Part shown: in pieces, positions 51,274 to 60,075 of the stretch
Numbering within the stretch: position 1 is the first letter of the stretch
How the letters are laid out: every line of letters begins with the position of its first letter
Made by a program: the position numbers and the translations under genes
Source: Lachnospiraceae bacterium
Lineage (GTDB): Bacteria; Bacillota; Clostridia; Lachnospirales; Lachnospiraceae
Assembly: GCA_016290595.1 (NCBI GenBank)
Contig: JAEEUR010000001.1
Location: forward strand, 1 to 60,574
Reading direction: 5' to 3'
Length of the DNA stretch: 60,574 nucleotides
Notes under the pieces: generated by a model
What the model saw: the letters and a program-made list of their open reading frames with translations, nothing else
Told to the model about the DNA's origin: nothing
The model's database searches: none

Positions 51274-51577
51274 GACGGTACCGGCCGGAAATCAGATCGT
51301 GCTTTAAGCTGTAGATCTCCTCTTCCAGCTGCTCCTGCTTTGCTTTTAGATTCTCCACCTGCCGGAGCGTCTTGAAATAGTCGTCCGCCATGTTGAGAAG
51401 GAGCGTCAGATGCTGAAAATCCGCGTTCTGCCGCAGGTAGCCCTGCATGCGCTTGAGCTCCGCCTCCTTGCCGTTGACGTACGTGGCGACGCGCTGCAGA
51501 TAGGCCTCGTCCTCGCTTCCGCCCAGGATATAGTTCTTGCCCATCAGGTTGACTTCGATATAGTTCTTTTCCGCCAT
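51257..51577 (-). CDS. zapA: cell division protein ZapA
   Basis: 106 aa. It reads IEVNLMGKNYILGGSEDEAYLQRVATYVNGK and has a C-terminal coiled coil. Confidence 0.8.
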   Translation of the reverse strand: MAEKNYIEVNLMGKNYILGGSEDEAYLQRVATYVNGKEAELKRMQGYLRQNADFQHLTLLLNMADDYFKTLRQVENLKAKQEQLEEEIYSLKHDLISGRYRHDEKN

Positions 51578-51625
51578 AAAGCTCTCCTTTCGGAAGCGGT
51601 CCGTGCGGCATGCCGCCCCGTCCGC

Positions 51626-52036
51626 TTACAGCTGCGCCGCGATCTTCTCCTTGGTCTCCTGCATCTCCTCCGGCGTGGTGCTGCCCGGCGCCCACAGACC
51701 CAGCACGCCGTCGCCCTTCCGGCGCGGGATCACGTGCAGATGAAAGTGGAACACGGACTGTCCCGCCGCCCTGCCGTTGTTCTGGATCAGGTTGAAGCCG
51801 TCATAGCCGAAGGCCTTCTTCTGCGCGCTTCCGATCTGCCCGCCGATCTTCATCACGTGGCCCAGCAGCGTCTTCGGCATGGTGGTCACGTCCTTGTAGT
51901 GGCGCTTGGGCAGCACCAGCGCATGGCCGCGCGCTGCCGGGTTCAGATCCAGGATCACCCGGACCTTATCATCCTCGTAAAGCGTTGCGGACGGGATCTC
52001 GCCCGCCGCGATCCTGCAGAAAATACAGTTCTTCAT
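51626..52036 (-). CDS. HIT family (histidine triad) protein
   Basis: 136 aa. It starts CIFCRI... and carries the HFHLHVIP triad. Confidence 0.9.
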   Translation of the reverse strand: MKNCIFCRIAAGEIPSATLYEDDKVRVILDLNPAARGHALVLPKRHYKDVTTMPKTLLGHVMKIGGQIGSAQKKAFGYDGFNLIQNNGRAAGQSVFHFHLHVIPRRKGDGVLGLWAPGSTTPEEMQETKEKIAAQL

Positions 52037-53502
52037 ACCTTTTCCCCTTCCGTTTCCGTCGTTTTATTCCGGCCCGTCAGCCCTTTGAGAAGGCTGAGCG
52101 CGTAATCCCATATTTCCAGTTTGAACAGCTTTGCGCCGGCCACGTAAAGCGCGATGCCCAGCGGGATCTGGATCAGCAGCGTGATCAGATCGTGCAGGCC
52201 TAAAAGAGACACCGCCCAGACCGCCAGCCCCATACCGGCGGAGAGGAGGATGTGCGGCAGCATATCCTTCAACTGATCCCGGTAGCTGTAGCCCAGAAGC
52301 TTCCGGTTCGGCCAGGAGTTGATGATCTGCCCGGTGATGCAGGTAAAGATCTGGCCCAGTGCGATGGCCATGACGCTGATCTGCGCCGTTACGAACAGCG
52401 TCAGAATCCCGATCGTCTTCTTGATGATCTCCAGCTTCAGGAACAGGTCGCTCCGCCCCAGCGCCTTGATCGCGTTCAGGTTCGCCGTATGCACGCAGTA
52501 GAAAGCAAAGACGAAGCTGAAGATCTGCAGGTACGGAACGGCCGGCAGCCAGTCGTCCGCCAGCACCAGCCGGACGAAGGGCAGCGCGACGGCGGCAAGC
52601 CCCGCCATCATCGGCATGATGATAAAGGAGCTCAGCTGGATGGCACGGCGGGTCATCATCCGCACCTGCGGGACGTTGTCCTGCTCCGAGCTCATGATCG
52701 GCAGCAGGATGTTGTTGGTCGATTCGTTGATGTTCGTGACCAGAAGGCTCGGGATCGTATCGCCCTTGTTGTAATAGGCCAGGGCCTCGTCCGTATCGCG
52801 CAGGCCGATCACGATCTGTGCAAGCTTATTGTAGACTGTATCCACCAGGGAGCTGACCAGCAGCTTCCAGGCATAGGAAAAGAGCTCTTTCAGGCGTTCG
52901 AACGAGAACATCTTCTTCGGCCGCCAGTGAACCGTCAGCCAGAGGATGATCGTATCGATGGTCGTATTGACCAGGTTCTGGACGATCAGCGCCCAGACGC
53001 CGTAACCGTTGTAGGCCATCCAGATGCCGACGACCGCCGCCACCAGGGTGCCCGTTAAGGTCGCGTAGAAGAAGCGCTTGAACAAAAGGTTCCGGGAGAC
53101 GTAGGCCACCTGCACGTTTTTGATGCCGCCGAAGACCAGGATCAGGGACAGGCCCCGAAGCGGTCCGATCAGCTCCGGCTGATCGTAGATCTTTGCGATC
53201 AGCGGCGCGCCGACGTACATCAGGGCGTACAGCGCCACGCACATGAGGATATTAAAGTAAAAGACCGTGGAGAAATCCAGGTCGTCCGCGTTCTTTTTCT
53301 GGATCAGGGCGTCGTTCAGCCCGCAGGTCACGAAAATGCTCACGATGGAGGTAAAGACCGTGACCGTCGCCACCAGGCCGTAAGGGCCCGGCCCCAGCTT
53401 GCGGGACAGAAGCAGCGAGACGATAAAACCGACTCCCTGGGCGCCGAAGCGCTCCAGAAAACGCCATATGAAGTTGGAAGCCGCTTTCTGACGCAGATCC
53501 AT
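52033..53502 (-). CDS. MOP-superfamily oligosaccharide flippase (Wzx-like)
   Basis: 489 aa with about 12-14 TM segments. The N-terminus is ...NFIWRFLERFGAQGVGFIVSLLLSRKLGPGPYG. Confidence 0.8.
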   Translation of the reverse strand: MDLRQKAASNFIWRFLERFGAQGVGFIVSLLLSRKLGPGPYGLVATVTVFTSIVSIFVTCGLNDALIQKKNADDLDFSTVFYFNILMCVALYALMYVGAPLIAKIYDQPELIGPLRGLSLILVFGGIKNVQVAYVSRNLLFKRFFYATLTGTLVAAVVGIWMAYNGYGVWALIVQNLVNTTIDTIILWLTVHWRPKKMFSFERLKELFSYAWKLLVSSLVDTVYNKLAQIVIGLRDTDEALAYYNKGDTIPSLLVTNINESTNNILLPIMSSEQDNVPQVRMMTRRAIQLSSFIIMPMMAGLAAVALPFVRLVLADDWLPAVPYLQIFSFVFAFYCVHTANLNAIKALGRSDLFLKLEIIKKTIGILTLFVTAQISVMAIALGQIFTCITGQIINSWPNRKLLGYSYRDQLKDMLPHILLSAGMGLAVWAVSLLGLHDLITLLIQIPLGIALYVAGAKLFKLEIWDYALSLLKGLTGRNKTTETEGEKV

Positions 53503-53523
53503 GATGTTCTCTTTCCGAATGAT

Positions 53524-54486
53524 TTACCGTCCCTTGATGCGGTCGTAAGCCTTCGCCAGCCACGGGAGCTTTTCCCTGAGGCTGTCCCGCCGCAGCCGCT
53601 TCATCCGCTCCGGATACAGCTCGGCGGCCTTTTTCTTGTCGCCCTGCTCGCAGAGCGCGCGGAAGTGGAACGCGTCCCGCAGATCCTCCCGCTTTGCGAT
53701 GGCCTCGGCGGCCTCCGCGTGGTACTTCCCCTCATAATGCGCGTCCACGGTCTTCAGCATGTCGATGACGACGTTATGCTGCGCGATGACCTTTTCCGGG
53801 CTGGCCATGTTGTTGACGGTCCAGGAGCCGGGCACGCCGTCGTTGTGGACGCTCATGACCTCGGGCAGATAGTGACAGCGGCCCTGCGTCACCGCATAAA
53901 GCAGCAGGGTGTAATCGCCCACGCCTCTTACGTAAAAGGCGTCCGGCACGCTCTTGTTGACGTTGGCCCGCAGCATAAAGGAGTTCGTGGCAAAAAGGCC
54001 GGCCCCGTCCACGAAGATCTCGCGGAGCGAAAAGTCCCGCTCCTTCTCTTCCGCCGGATAGTTGAAATCCCGGCTGCCGTCCGTTCCCTCCACGTGCCAT
54101 AAGGCCCGGTGGGTCACGATGCTGCAGTCCGGATGCGCCTCCAGATAATCGACCTGCCGCTGCAGCTTGTCCGGATCCGAGAAATAGTCGTCGCCGTCGC
54201 AGTGCGCAAAATACTTCCCGCGGGCGATCGGGAAGATAAAATCGTACATGCTGTGGTAGTCCGGCTTCGAATACTGGTTTTCCGTCTGAATATAGGGAAT
54301 GACGGTCTCCGGATACCGGGCCTGATATTCCCGGATGATGTCCGAAGTGCCGTCGGTGGAGGCGTCGTCGTGTATGATGATCTCGAAGGGAAAGTCCGTT
54401 TTCTGCGCCAGAAAGCTGTCCAGCGCCCGCCGGATATAGTCTTTGTGATTAAAGGTGACGCAAAGGATCGAAACCAGCGGTTCCAT
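53524..54486 (-). CDS. family 2 glycosyltransferase
   Basis: 320 aa. It has VSILCVTFNHKDYIRRALDS, IIIHDDASTDGT and a DGDD motif. Confidence 0.85.
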   Translation of the reverse strand: MEPLVSILCVTFNHKDYIRRALDSFLAQKTDFPFEIIIHDDASTDGTSDIIREYQARYPETVIPYIQTENQYSKPDYHSMYDFIFPIARGKYFAHCDGDDYFSDPDKLQRQVDYLEAHPDCSIVTHRALWHVEGTDGSRDFNYPAEEKERDFSLREIFVDGAGLFATNSFMLRANVNKSVPDAFYVRGVGDYTLLLYAVTQGRCHYLPEVMSVHNDGVPGSWTVNNMASPEKVIAQHNVVIDMLKTVDAHYEGKYHAEAAEAIAKREDLRDAFHFRALCEQGDKKKAAELYPERMKRLRRDSLREKLPWLAKAYDRIKGR

Positions 54487-54534
54487 GCTTTCCCCCTGAT
54501 GTTTCCGTCTTTCCTGGTTCCGCCGTCTGAAAGC

Positions 54535-55653
54535 TCAGCGGAGGATGATATCGCAGATCCGGTCCACGATCTCGGGGGCCAGATCACCGTACATCGGCAG
54601 GGTCAGGACGCGGTCCGCCACGTGGTCCGCGAGCGGCGTCTTTTCCTTCCCGGCCGAAGGATAGTCTTTATAGCAGTCAAAATCGTTGGTCAGCGGATAG
54701 AAGTACTTCCGGGGCACGATCCCCTCCGCCTTCAGCTCCTCGAAGATCCGGTCGCGGTCCTTCTTATATCCGTCGAAGACCACCGGATAGTAGGCGTAGT
54801 TGGAGGATACGCCCGGCTGCGCCTTCGGGATCACGATGCCCGCCCGGCCGCCGAGACGCCCGTCGTACTGGGCGGTCACTTTTTTCCGTCTGGCGATCTC
54901 TTCGTCCACGTGGCGCAGATTGCACAGGCCCATGGCGGCCTGGAACTCGTTCATCTTCGCATTGCCGCCCACGTAGGCCACTTCCTCCGCGTTGCGGATG
55001 CCGAAGTTCTTCAGGTCGTTCAAAGGCTGCTCCAGCGCGTCCGAGGCGAAGGTCAGCGCACCGCCCTCGATGGTGTGGTACACCTTCGTGGCGTGGAAGC
55101 TGAACATGGACATGTCCCCGAACGCGGCGCTGCTGAAGGAGCCCGCCTGACCGCGGAAGCCCTCCTTGCGCACGCCGAAGGTGTGCGCCGCGTCGTAGAT
55201 CAGCTTTAAGCCGTACTTTTCCGCCAGCGCGTCAAAGGCCTCCACGTCGCAGAGATGCCCGTACACGTGGACCGGCAGGATCGCCACGGTCTTTTCCGTG
55301 ATCAGCGCCTCCGCCTTCTTCGGATCCAGCGTGTAGGTCTCCGGATCGATGTCCGCGAAGACCGGCACCAGGCCGTTCCGCACGATGGCGTGCGTGGTGG
55401 ACGCGAAGGTATAGGGCGTCGTGATCACCTCGCCGCCCCGCGGCAGGTTCAGCACCGCCAGCGCGTTCTCCAGGGCCAGATGGCCGTTGGTGAACAGGAT
55501 GACGTGGGGGACGGAGAAATACTCCTCCAGTCCCCGCTCCAGTGCCTGGTGCTTTTCTCCCATATTGGTCAGCCAGTGGCTGTCCCAGATGCTTCTGATC
55601 TCGTCGATATATTCTTCAAAGTCCGGAAGATAGGACCGGGTCACGTTGATCAT
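54535..55653 (-). CDS. DegT/DnrJ/EryC1/StrS family sugar aminotransferase
   Basis: 372 aa. It has ...FTNGHLALENAL...TPYTFASTTHAI... and the PLP-Lys context FSFHATKVYHT. Confidence 0.88.
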   Translation of the reverse strand: MINVTRSYLPDFEEYIDEIRSIWDSHWLTNMGEKHQALERGLEEYFSVPHVILFTNGHLALENALAVLNLPRGGEVITTPYTFASTTHAIVRNGLVPVFADIDPETYTLDPKKAEALITEKTVAILPVHVYGHLCDVEAFDALAEKYGLKLIYDAAHTFGVRKEGFRGQAGSFSSAAFGDMSMFSFHATKVYHTIEGGALTFASDALEQPLNDLKNFGIRNAEEVAYVGGNAKMNEFQAAMGLCNLRHVDEEIARRKKVTAQYDGRLGGRAGIVIPKAQPGVSSNYAYYPVVFDGYKKDRDRIFEELKAEGIVPRKYFYPLTNDFDCYKDYPSAGKEKTPLADHVADRVLTLPMYGDLAPEIVDRICDIILR

Positions 55654-55710
55654 CCTGCTTGCTCCTTTTGCAAAATAGCTGCTTTTCCGGCGCTCCGCCG
55701 GCGTTTCAGA

Positions 55711-56187
55711 TCACTCCTCCAGCTGCGAGGTGCAGTGCGGGCAGCGGCGGGCCAGAATCGGGATCTCGCTCTGGCAGAACGGGCAGATCTTGGTGGTCGG
55801 CTCGGCGGGCTCTTCCGCAGGGGCCTCGGCCGCCTTGCGCTCCTCTTCCATCTTGCGCATCTTGTTGATGCCCTTCACGATCATGAAGATGATCAGGGCC
55901 AGGATCAGGAAGGTGATGATGGCGGAGATGAACGCGCCGAACTTGATGGCGACTTCCTCTGCCACGACCTCGCCGGCCGGGCTGAGTTCCGCTTCCTTCA
56001 GCACGATCTTCAGGGCGTTGTCCAGGCTGTTGACGCCGGGGATCAAAGCGATCAGGGGATTGACGATATTGGTCGTAAAGGCCGTTACCAGAGCGGTGAA
56101 GGCGCCGCCGATAATGACGCCGATCGCCATATCGATCATGTTCCCCTTTACGGCAAATTCCTTGAATTCAGCCATAAATTTCTTCAT
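55711..56187 (-). CDS. mscL: large-conductance mechanosensitive channel with C-terminal CxxC...CxxC extension
   Basis: 158 aa. [34 protein letters not shown]... is an MscL core. It has an extended periplasmic loop and the tail [24 protein letters not shown]. Confidence 0.85.
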   Translation of the reverse strand: MKKFMAEFKEFAVKGNMIDMAIGVIIGGAFTALVTAFTTNIVNPLIALIPGVNSLDNALKIVLKEAELSPAGEVVAEEVAIKFGAFISAIITFLILALIIFMIVKGINKMRKMEEERKAAEAPAEEPAEPTTKICPFCQSEIPILARRCPHCTSQLEE

Positions 56188-56236
56188 AGGGGTCCTCCTT
56201 CGCGGACAGATTCATATCGTCTGTCCTGATCTTTAT

Positions 56237-56265
56237 ATTTTACTTGGTTTTTGAAAGAATTACAA
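56237..56265 (-). promoter_or_regulatory. candidate sigma-A promoter for mscL
   Basis: The minus strand reads TTGTAA-17 nt-TAAAAT. It is followed by a leader hairpin, GGACAGA-n9-TCTGTCC, and then AAGGAGG. Confidence 0.45.
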
Positions 56266-56291
56266 GCCGGCGCGCCGCTTTCCGGAAGATT

Positions 56292-57113
56292 TTATCGGCC
56301 TTTGCCTTTTCTCTTAAACAGGCGGAAGTCGCCGCCCGAAAGCAGCTTTTTCCGCCGGGATAAGACGGCGGCGGCAAGAACGTAATACAGGGCAAGAAGC
56401 GGCAGCGCCGTCCCTTCCAGCGAAGGGAACAGGCGGCTCTGCGCATCCGGCACCAGATGCTGCGGCACAAGGCCGGCGGTCAGGTTGAGCAGGAAGTGAA
56501 AAACGACGACCAGGCGAAGGCTCCCGCCGGCCGCATAGAGCGTCTGCAGGAACAGGGCCGTCACCACGGCCAGCATCACCTGCGGGATCACGGTCGAAAA
56601 AGGCGCCGACGCCAGATTGACCAGATGCATGGCGCCGAAGGTCAGCGCCAGAAAGAGCATGTCGACGGTCCGGTACTGCCCTTCCGTTTCAAAGAGGATG
56701 CGCCCCCAGAGGCGGAAGTACAGTTCCTCCCAGAGAGCCGTGGACAGAATGCCGAGAACGGCCAGAACGATCCCGTAGGCGTTTGTCTCCGGCCGGAAGG
56801 GTCCCAGATAGCAGAGCAGGGCAAAGATAAGCGGCGGCAGGATCAGCAGGAAATACGGTGAGAAAAGCCGGCCGTCCCCTTCCGGATCCAGGTAGCCGCT
56901 CTGCTTCGCCAGCATGAAGGCCAGCCAGGCCAGGCCGAATTTAACGAACAGCGAGATATACGGGATCCCGAGGCTCTCGTCCAGAAAACTGCCCGCCAGC
57001 ACCAGCAGCGTCGCGATCAGCGCCGTCAGGAAATAGTAAAGCCGCCGCTTCCCGTAGGAGGCGGAAAGGCGGATCTTCTTCTGCTTCAGTTTTTTCAAGG
57101 ATAGATTCGGCAT
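56292..57113 (-). CDS. CPBP family intramembrane glutamic endopeptidase
   Basis: 273 aa and polytopic. The motifs are WEELYFRLW, FGAMHL and HFLLNL. Confidence 0.85.
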   Translation of the reverse strand: MPNLSLKKLKQKKIRLSASYGKRRLYYFLTALIATLLVLAGSFLDESLGIPYISLFVKFGLAWLAFMLAKQSGYLDPEGDGRLFSPYFLLILPPLIFALLCYLGPFRPETNAYGIVLAVLGILSTALWEELYFRLWGRILFETEGQYRTVDMLFLALTFGAMHLVNLASAPFSTVIPQVMLAVVTALFLQTLYAAGGSLRLVVVFHFLLNLTAGLVPQHLVPDAQSRLFPSLEGTALPLLALYYVLAAAVLSRRKKLLSGGDFRLFKRKGKGR

Positions 57114-57117
57114 CGTC

Positions 57118-58629
57118 TCACACCGTCCTGTCCCGGACCAGTTCCAGCCGCCTGACGGCCTGCGGCAGCGCGCGGACCGTATCCGAAGCCGTCATGGCCG
57201 TCGGTCCGGTCTCGTCCTGTGCCCGTTCGCCGGCCGCCCCGCAGAGGTAAGCCGCCGCAGCGGCCGCTTTCGGCAAAGACGCCTTGCTGTAGCCCAGCAC
57301 CGCCGCCAGCACGCCGCTCAAAACGTCCCCGCTGCCGGCGGTCGCCATGCCCGGGCAGCCCCGGTCGGTGATCCATGTCTCGTCCCCGTCCGTGACGATC
57401 GTCGCGGGGCCTTTGAGCAGCAGCGTGCAGCCGAAGCGGGCGGCAAAATCCTTTGCCAGCTCCAGCGGTTTCGCTTCGATTTCCTTTACGCTCCGGCTAA
57501 GCAGCCGGGACGCTTCTCCCAGATGAGGCGTCAGGAGGACCTGCGCCCGCGTCGTTTTCAGAAGCTCGCAGCCCAGCCCGGCCAGTTCCGTCAGGCCGTC
57601 CGCGTCTATGATCAGCCGGCCCTCAAAATGAGCCAGCAGGTAAGCCAGAGCATTCCGGATTTCTTCTCCGCGTCCGATCCCCATGCCGAAGGCGATCACC
57701 CGGCAGCGGCTGCAGAGCACCTCCCACTCCGCCTCTTCAAAGCGGACCGCGCCGTCTTCGGTCTCGGACAGCGGGAAGGCCGTGCTTTCCAGCGTATAGG
57801 GGATCATCGCGGGCACCAGGCTCTTCGGCACCGCCGCGACGGCGACGCCGGCACCGCTCTTCATGGCAGCGGAGGCCATAGCCGCCAGACGGGGCGCGCC
57901 GTTGTACGCCAGACAGCCGCCGGCCAGCCCCACGTAGGCGTAGGCACCCTTGTGGGAATAGTTGCGGCGCTGCGGCAGGCAGGCGGCCGCGTCCTTTTCT
58001 TCCATCAGCCGGGCATCCGTCTGTAAGGGCCGGATGCCGATATCGCAGTTGATCAGTTCGCCTCTTACGTCCTTGGCCCGGCCCAGAAAATGTCCGGGCT
58101 TAAAGCTTCCGACCGAGACCGTCTGATCCGCCCTGACGGCCGGATCGCCCAGCCCCGAATCGCCGTTTATTCCGCTGGGGATATCCACCGCCACGGTAAA
58201 AGCGCCGGAAGCGTTCATCTGCCGGATCGCGTCCGCATAGAGTCCCTCGGCCGGCCGCGAAAGGCCCGTCCCGAAGAGGCAGTCGACCAGGGTTTTCCAG
58301 CCGGAAAGATTCTCTCCCGCCTCGTAGAAGCGCACCGGAACGTTCCGCTCAAGGCACTGCTCCAGATAGTAAGCGCCGTCTTCGGAGAGCGCACGGCTCA
58401 GCCGCAGCACCGTTACCGGGACGTTTTTCTCCGCCAGCAGACAGGCGATGGCATAGCCGTCGCCGCCGTTGTTGCCGCTGCCGCAGAGCACCGCGGCCGG
58501 GCCCTGGATATCAGCCCGTTCGACGACGCCCCGCGCCGCCCGGAGCATCAGCTCCCGGCCGGGCGTTTCTTCCCGGATCGTCGCCGCGTCGCTGTCCCGC
58601 ATGGTTTTGACCGATAAAATCTCCTGCAT
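57118..58629 (-). CDS. nnr: bifunctional NAD(P)H-hydrate epimerase / ADP-dependent dehydratase
   Basis: 503 aa. The N-domain has CGSGNNGGDGYA (YjeF-N). The C-domain has LTPHLGE and GSGDVLSG. Confidence 0.88.
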   Translation of the reverse strand: MQEILSVKTMRDSDAATIREETPGRELMLRAARGVVERADIQGPAAVLCGSGNNGGDGYAIACLLAEKNVPVTVLRLSRALSEDGAYYLEQCLERNVPVRFYEAGENLSGWKTLVDCLFGTGLSRPAEGLYADAIRQMNASGAFTVAVDIPSGINGDSGLGDPAVRADQTVSVGSFKPGHFLGRAKDVRGELINCDIGIRPLQTDARLMEEKDAAACLPQRRNYSHKGAYAYVGLAGGCLAYNGAPRLAAMASAAMKSGAGVAVAAVPKSLVPAMIPYTLESTAFPLSETEDGAVRFEEAEWEVLCSRCRVIAFGMGIGRGEEIRNALAYLLAHFEGRLIIDADGLTELAGLGCELLKTTRAQVLLTPHLGEASRLLSRSVKEIEAKPLELAKDFAARFGCTLLLKGPATIVTDGDETWITDRGCPGMATAGSGDVLSGVLAAVLGYSKASLPKAAAAAAYLCGAAGERAQDETGPTAMTASDTVRALPQAVRRLELVRDRTV

Positions 58630-58679
58630 AGTCCCTGTTCCTGCCGAAGGATCTCCCTTAAAACGGAATCTGAAAGAAT

Positions 58680-58708
58680 ATTATAGCATTTCTCCGGATA
58701 TATGGCAA
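58680..58708 (-). promoter_or_regulatory. candidate sigma-A promoter for nnr
   Basis: The minus strand reads TTGCCA-17 nt-TATAAT, about 50 nt upstream of the nnr ATG. Confidence 0.55.
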
Positions 58709-58738
58709 GGGAGCAGCCCGGTTTCCCGGACTGCTCCC
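58709..58738 (-). terminator. stem-loop after the ferredoxin gene (weak U-tract)
   Basis: The minus strand has GGGAGCAGTCCGG-GAAA-CCGGGCTGCTCCC followed by TTGCCATATAT. Confidence 0.45.
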
Positions 58739-58756
58739 TCCCTGTGTGCCTTATGT

Positions 58757-58927
58757 TTACTCTAAGTCGATGGTCCCCATCGGGCAGACACCGGCACAGG
58801 AGCCGCACTCAATGCAGGCATTGGGGTCGATCTCATACTTGCCGTCACCTTCCGCGATAGCACCTACCGGGCACTGAGCCGCACAGGCACCGCAGGAAAC
58901 GCACTGATCACCAATTTTATACGCCAT
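58757..58927 (-). CDS. 2x[4Fe-4S] clostridial-type ferredoxin (56 aa)
   Basis: This is my own translation; the ORF is below the track's size cut-off. It reads MAYKIGDQCVSCGACAAQCPVGAIAEGDGKYEIDPNACIECGSCAGVCPMGTIDLE, with two CxxCxxCxxxCP motifs. GGGAGG lies 8 nt upstream. Confidence 0.9.
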   Translation of the reverse strand: MAYKIGDQCVSCGACAAQCPVGAIAEGDGKYEIDPNACIECGSCAGVCPMGTIDLE

Positions 58928-59050
58928 AATTTGTACCTCCCTGTTCCTTTATTCAAAGACCCGGCGGTCTTCGGAAGTATTATATTGTGCTTTCTCCTCT
59001 TTTGCAAGGATTATTCAAAAAGATTTTTTGCGCTTTTTCCTTTCGGCGGC

Positions 59051-60061
59051 TTACTGCCCCACCTGTCCTTTCAGAATATCCAGCAGTTCACCGACGTTGT
59101 CTTTTGTGACCAGCATACCGAAGCCTTCCTTCAGCAGTTCGTCGTCGGTGACCCCGCGGACAAAGCAGTCCAGCAGAAGGTCCCCGGTCTCAGCCGTATA
59201 ATGCGACGTCTCCAGAAAGTTCGCGTTATCTGAGGTGATCCGGTTCAGGCCGCTGAAATTGTAATAATCCGTCACTTCCGCGAGTTCTTCGAGGAAGCGG
59301 AACCAGTCCTTGTCCAAAGAGGCTTCATAAGTTACGGGATGCATCGGATTGGTAAAAACAACCAACTCTATCCCGTTTTCCTCACAGATCCGTACGATGT
59401 CCCGCATATTGCCAATCGTCTCTTCCAGATAGTCCGCGTATCCGATGCTCCCCGATATCACCTCTGCATGCTCCCAGTCATAGCTCGATATCTGGCCGTA
59501 ATCGATGGCGGATCCGTTGTCATAGAAGCCTTTGACGTAGCCGTCTCCCCAGACCTGATGGGGCACGATGACCGGCAGGGAAAGGACGGCAATACCCGTA
59601 TTCAGGTACATGCCGTAAAGGTTTTCCCAGCTTTCCGAGAGGTACTCATACGGACAGTGCAGACAATCCATCAGGGCCTCCGGCTGGAAGGTGTAGGAGA
59701 TGCTGTCGAGCCCGATAAAGATTTTCTTCGGGATGATATGATTGGCGAGCAGCGTTTCCAGATTCCGGAGATGCTGTTCGGGGATCCCGGCGGAATAGGT
59801 CATATTGTAGCAATGCAGCTCTTCGATCTTTTCCGTATGGATTGCGCCTACACGGGAAGATCCGAAAAGAAAGGCGTCGAATTTATCCGGATTGTCCAGG
59901 ATATACGACATTTTTACATAGTTTTTGTTGGGCTCCACGCCGTTGTCTCGGATGGATTCCGTGTGAAACACGTTATAGGGATCCAGGCAGTACGGAAAGA
60001 CGATGCCGATGAGTGCGGCGTACAGGATAAAACAGGCAGCTTTTATAACGAACGATTTCAT
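59051..60061 (-). CDS. DltD/SGNH-like partner protein of the MBOAT acyltransferase
   Basis: I prefer the start MKSFVIKAACFILYAALIGIVF (signal-anchor), with GGGAGG upstream. It has a FGSSRVG Ser motif and a late ETSHYT His. It lies immediately downstream of the MBOAT gene. Confidence 0.5.
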   Translation of the reverse strand: MKSFVIKAACFILYAALIGIVFPYCLDPYNVFHTESIRDNGVEPNKNYVKMSYILDNPDKFDAFLFGSSRVGAIHTEKIEELHCYNMTYSAGIPEQHLRNLETLLANHIIPKKIFIGLDSISYTFQPEALMDCLHCPYEYLSESWENLYGMYLNTGIAVLSLPVIVPHQVWGDGYVKGFYDNGSAIDYGQISSYDWEHAEVISGSIGYADYLEETIGNMRDIVRICEENGIELVVFTNPMHPVTYEASLDKDWFRFLEELAEVTDYYNFSGLNRITSDNANFLETSHYTAETGDLLLDCFVRGVTDDELLKEGFGMLVTKDNVGELLDILKGQVGQ

Positions 60062-60075
60062 GCTTGCGTCCTCCC

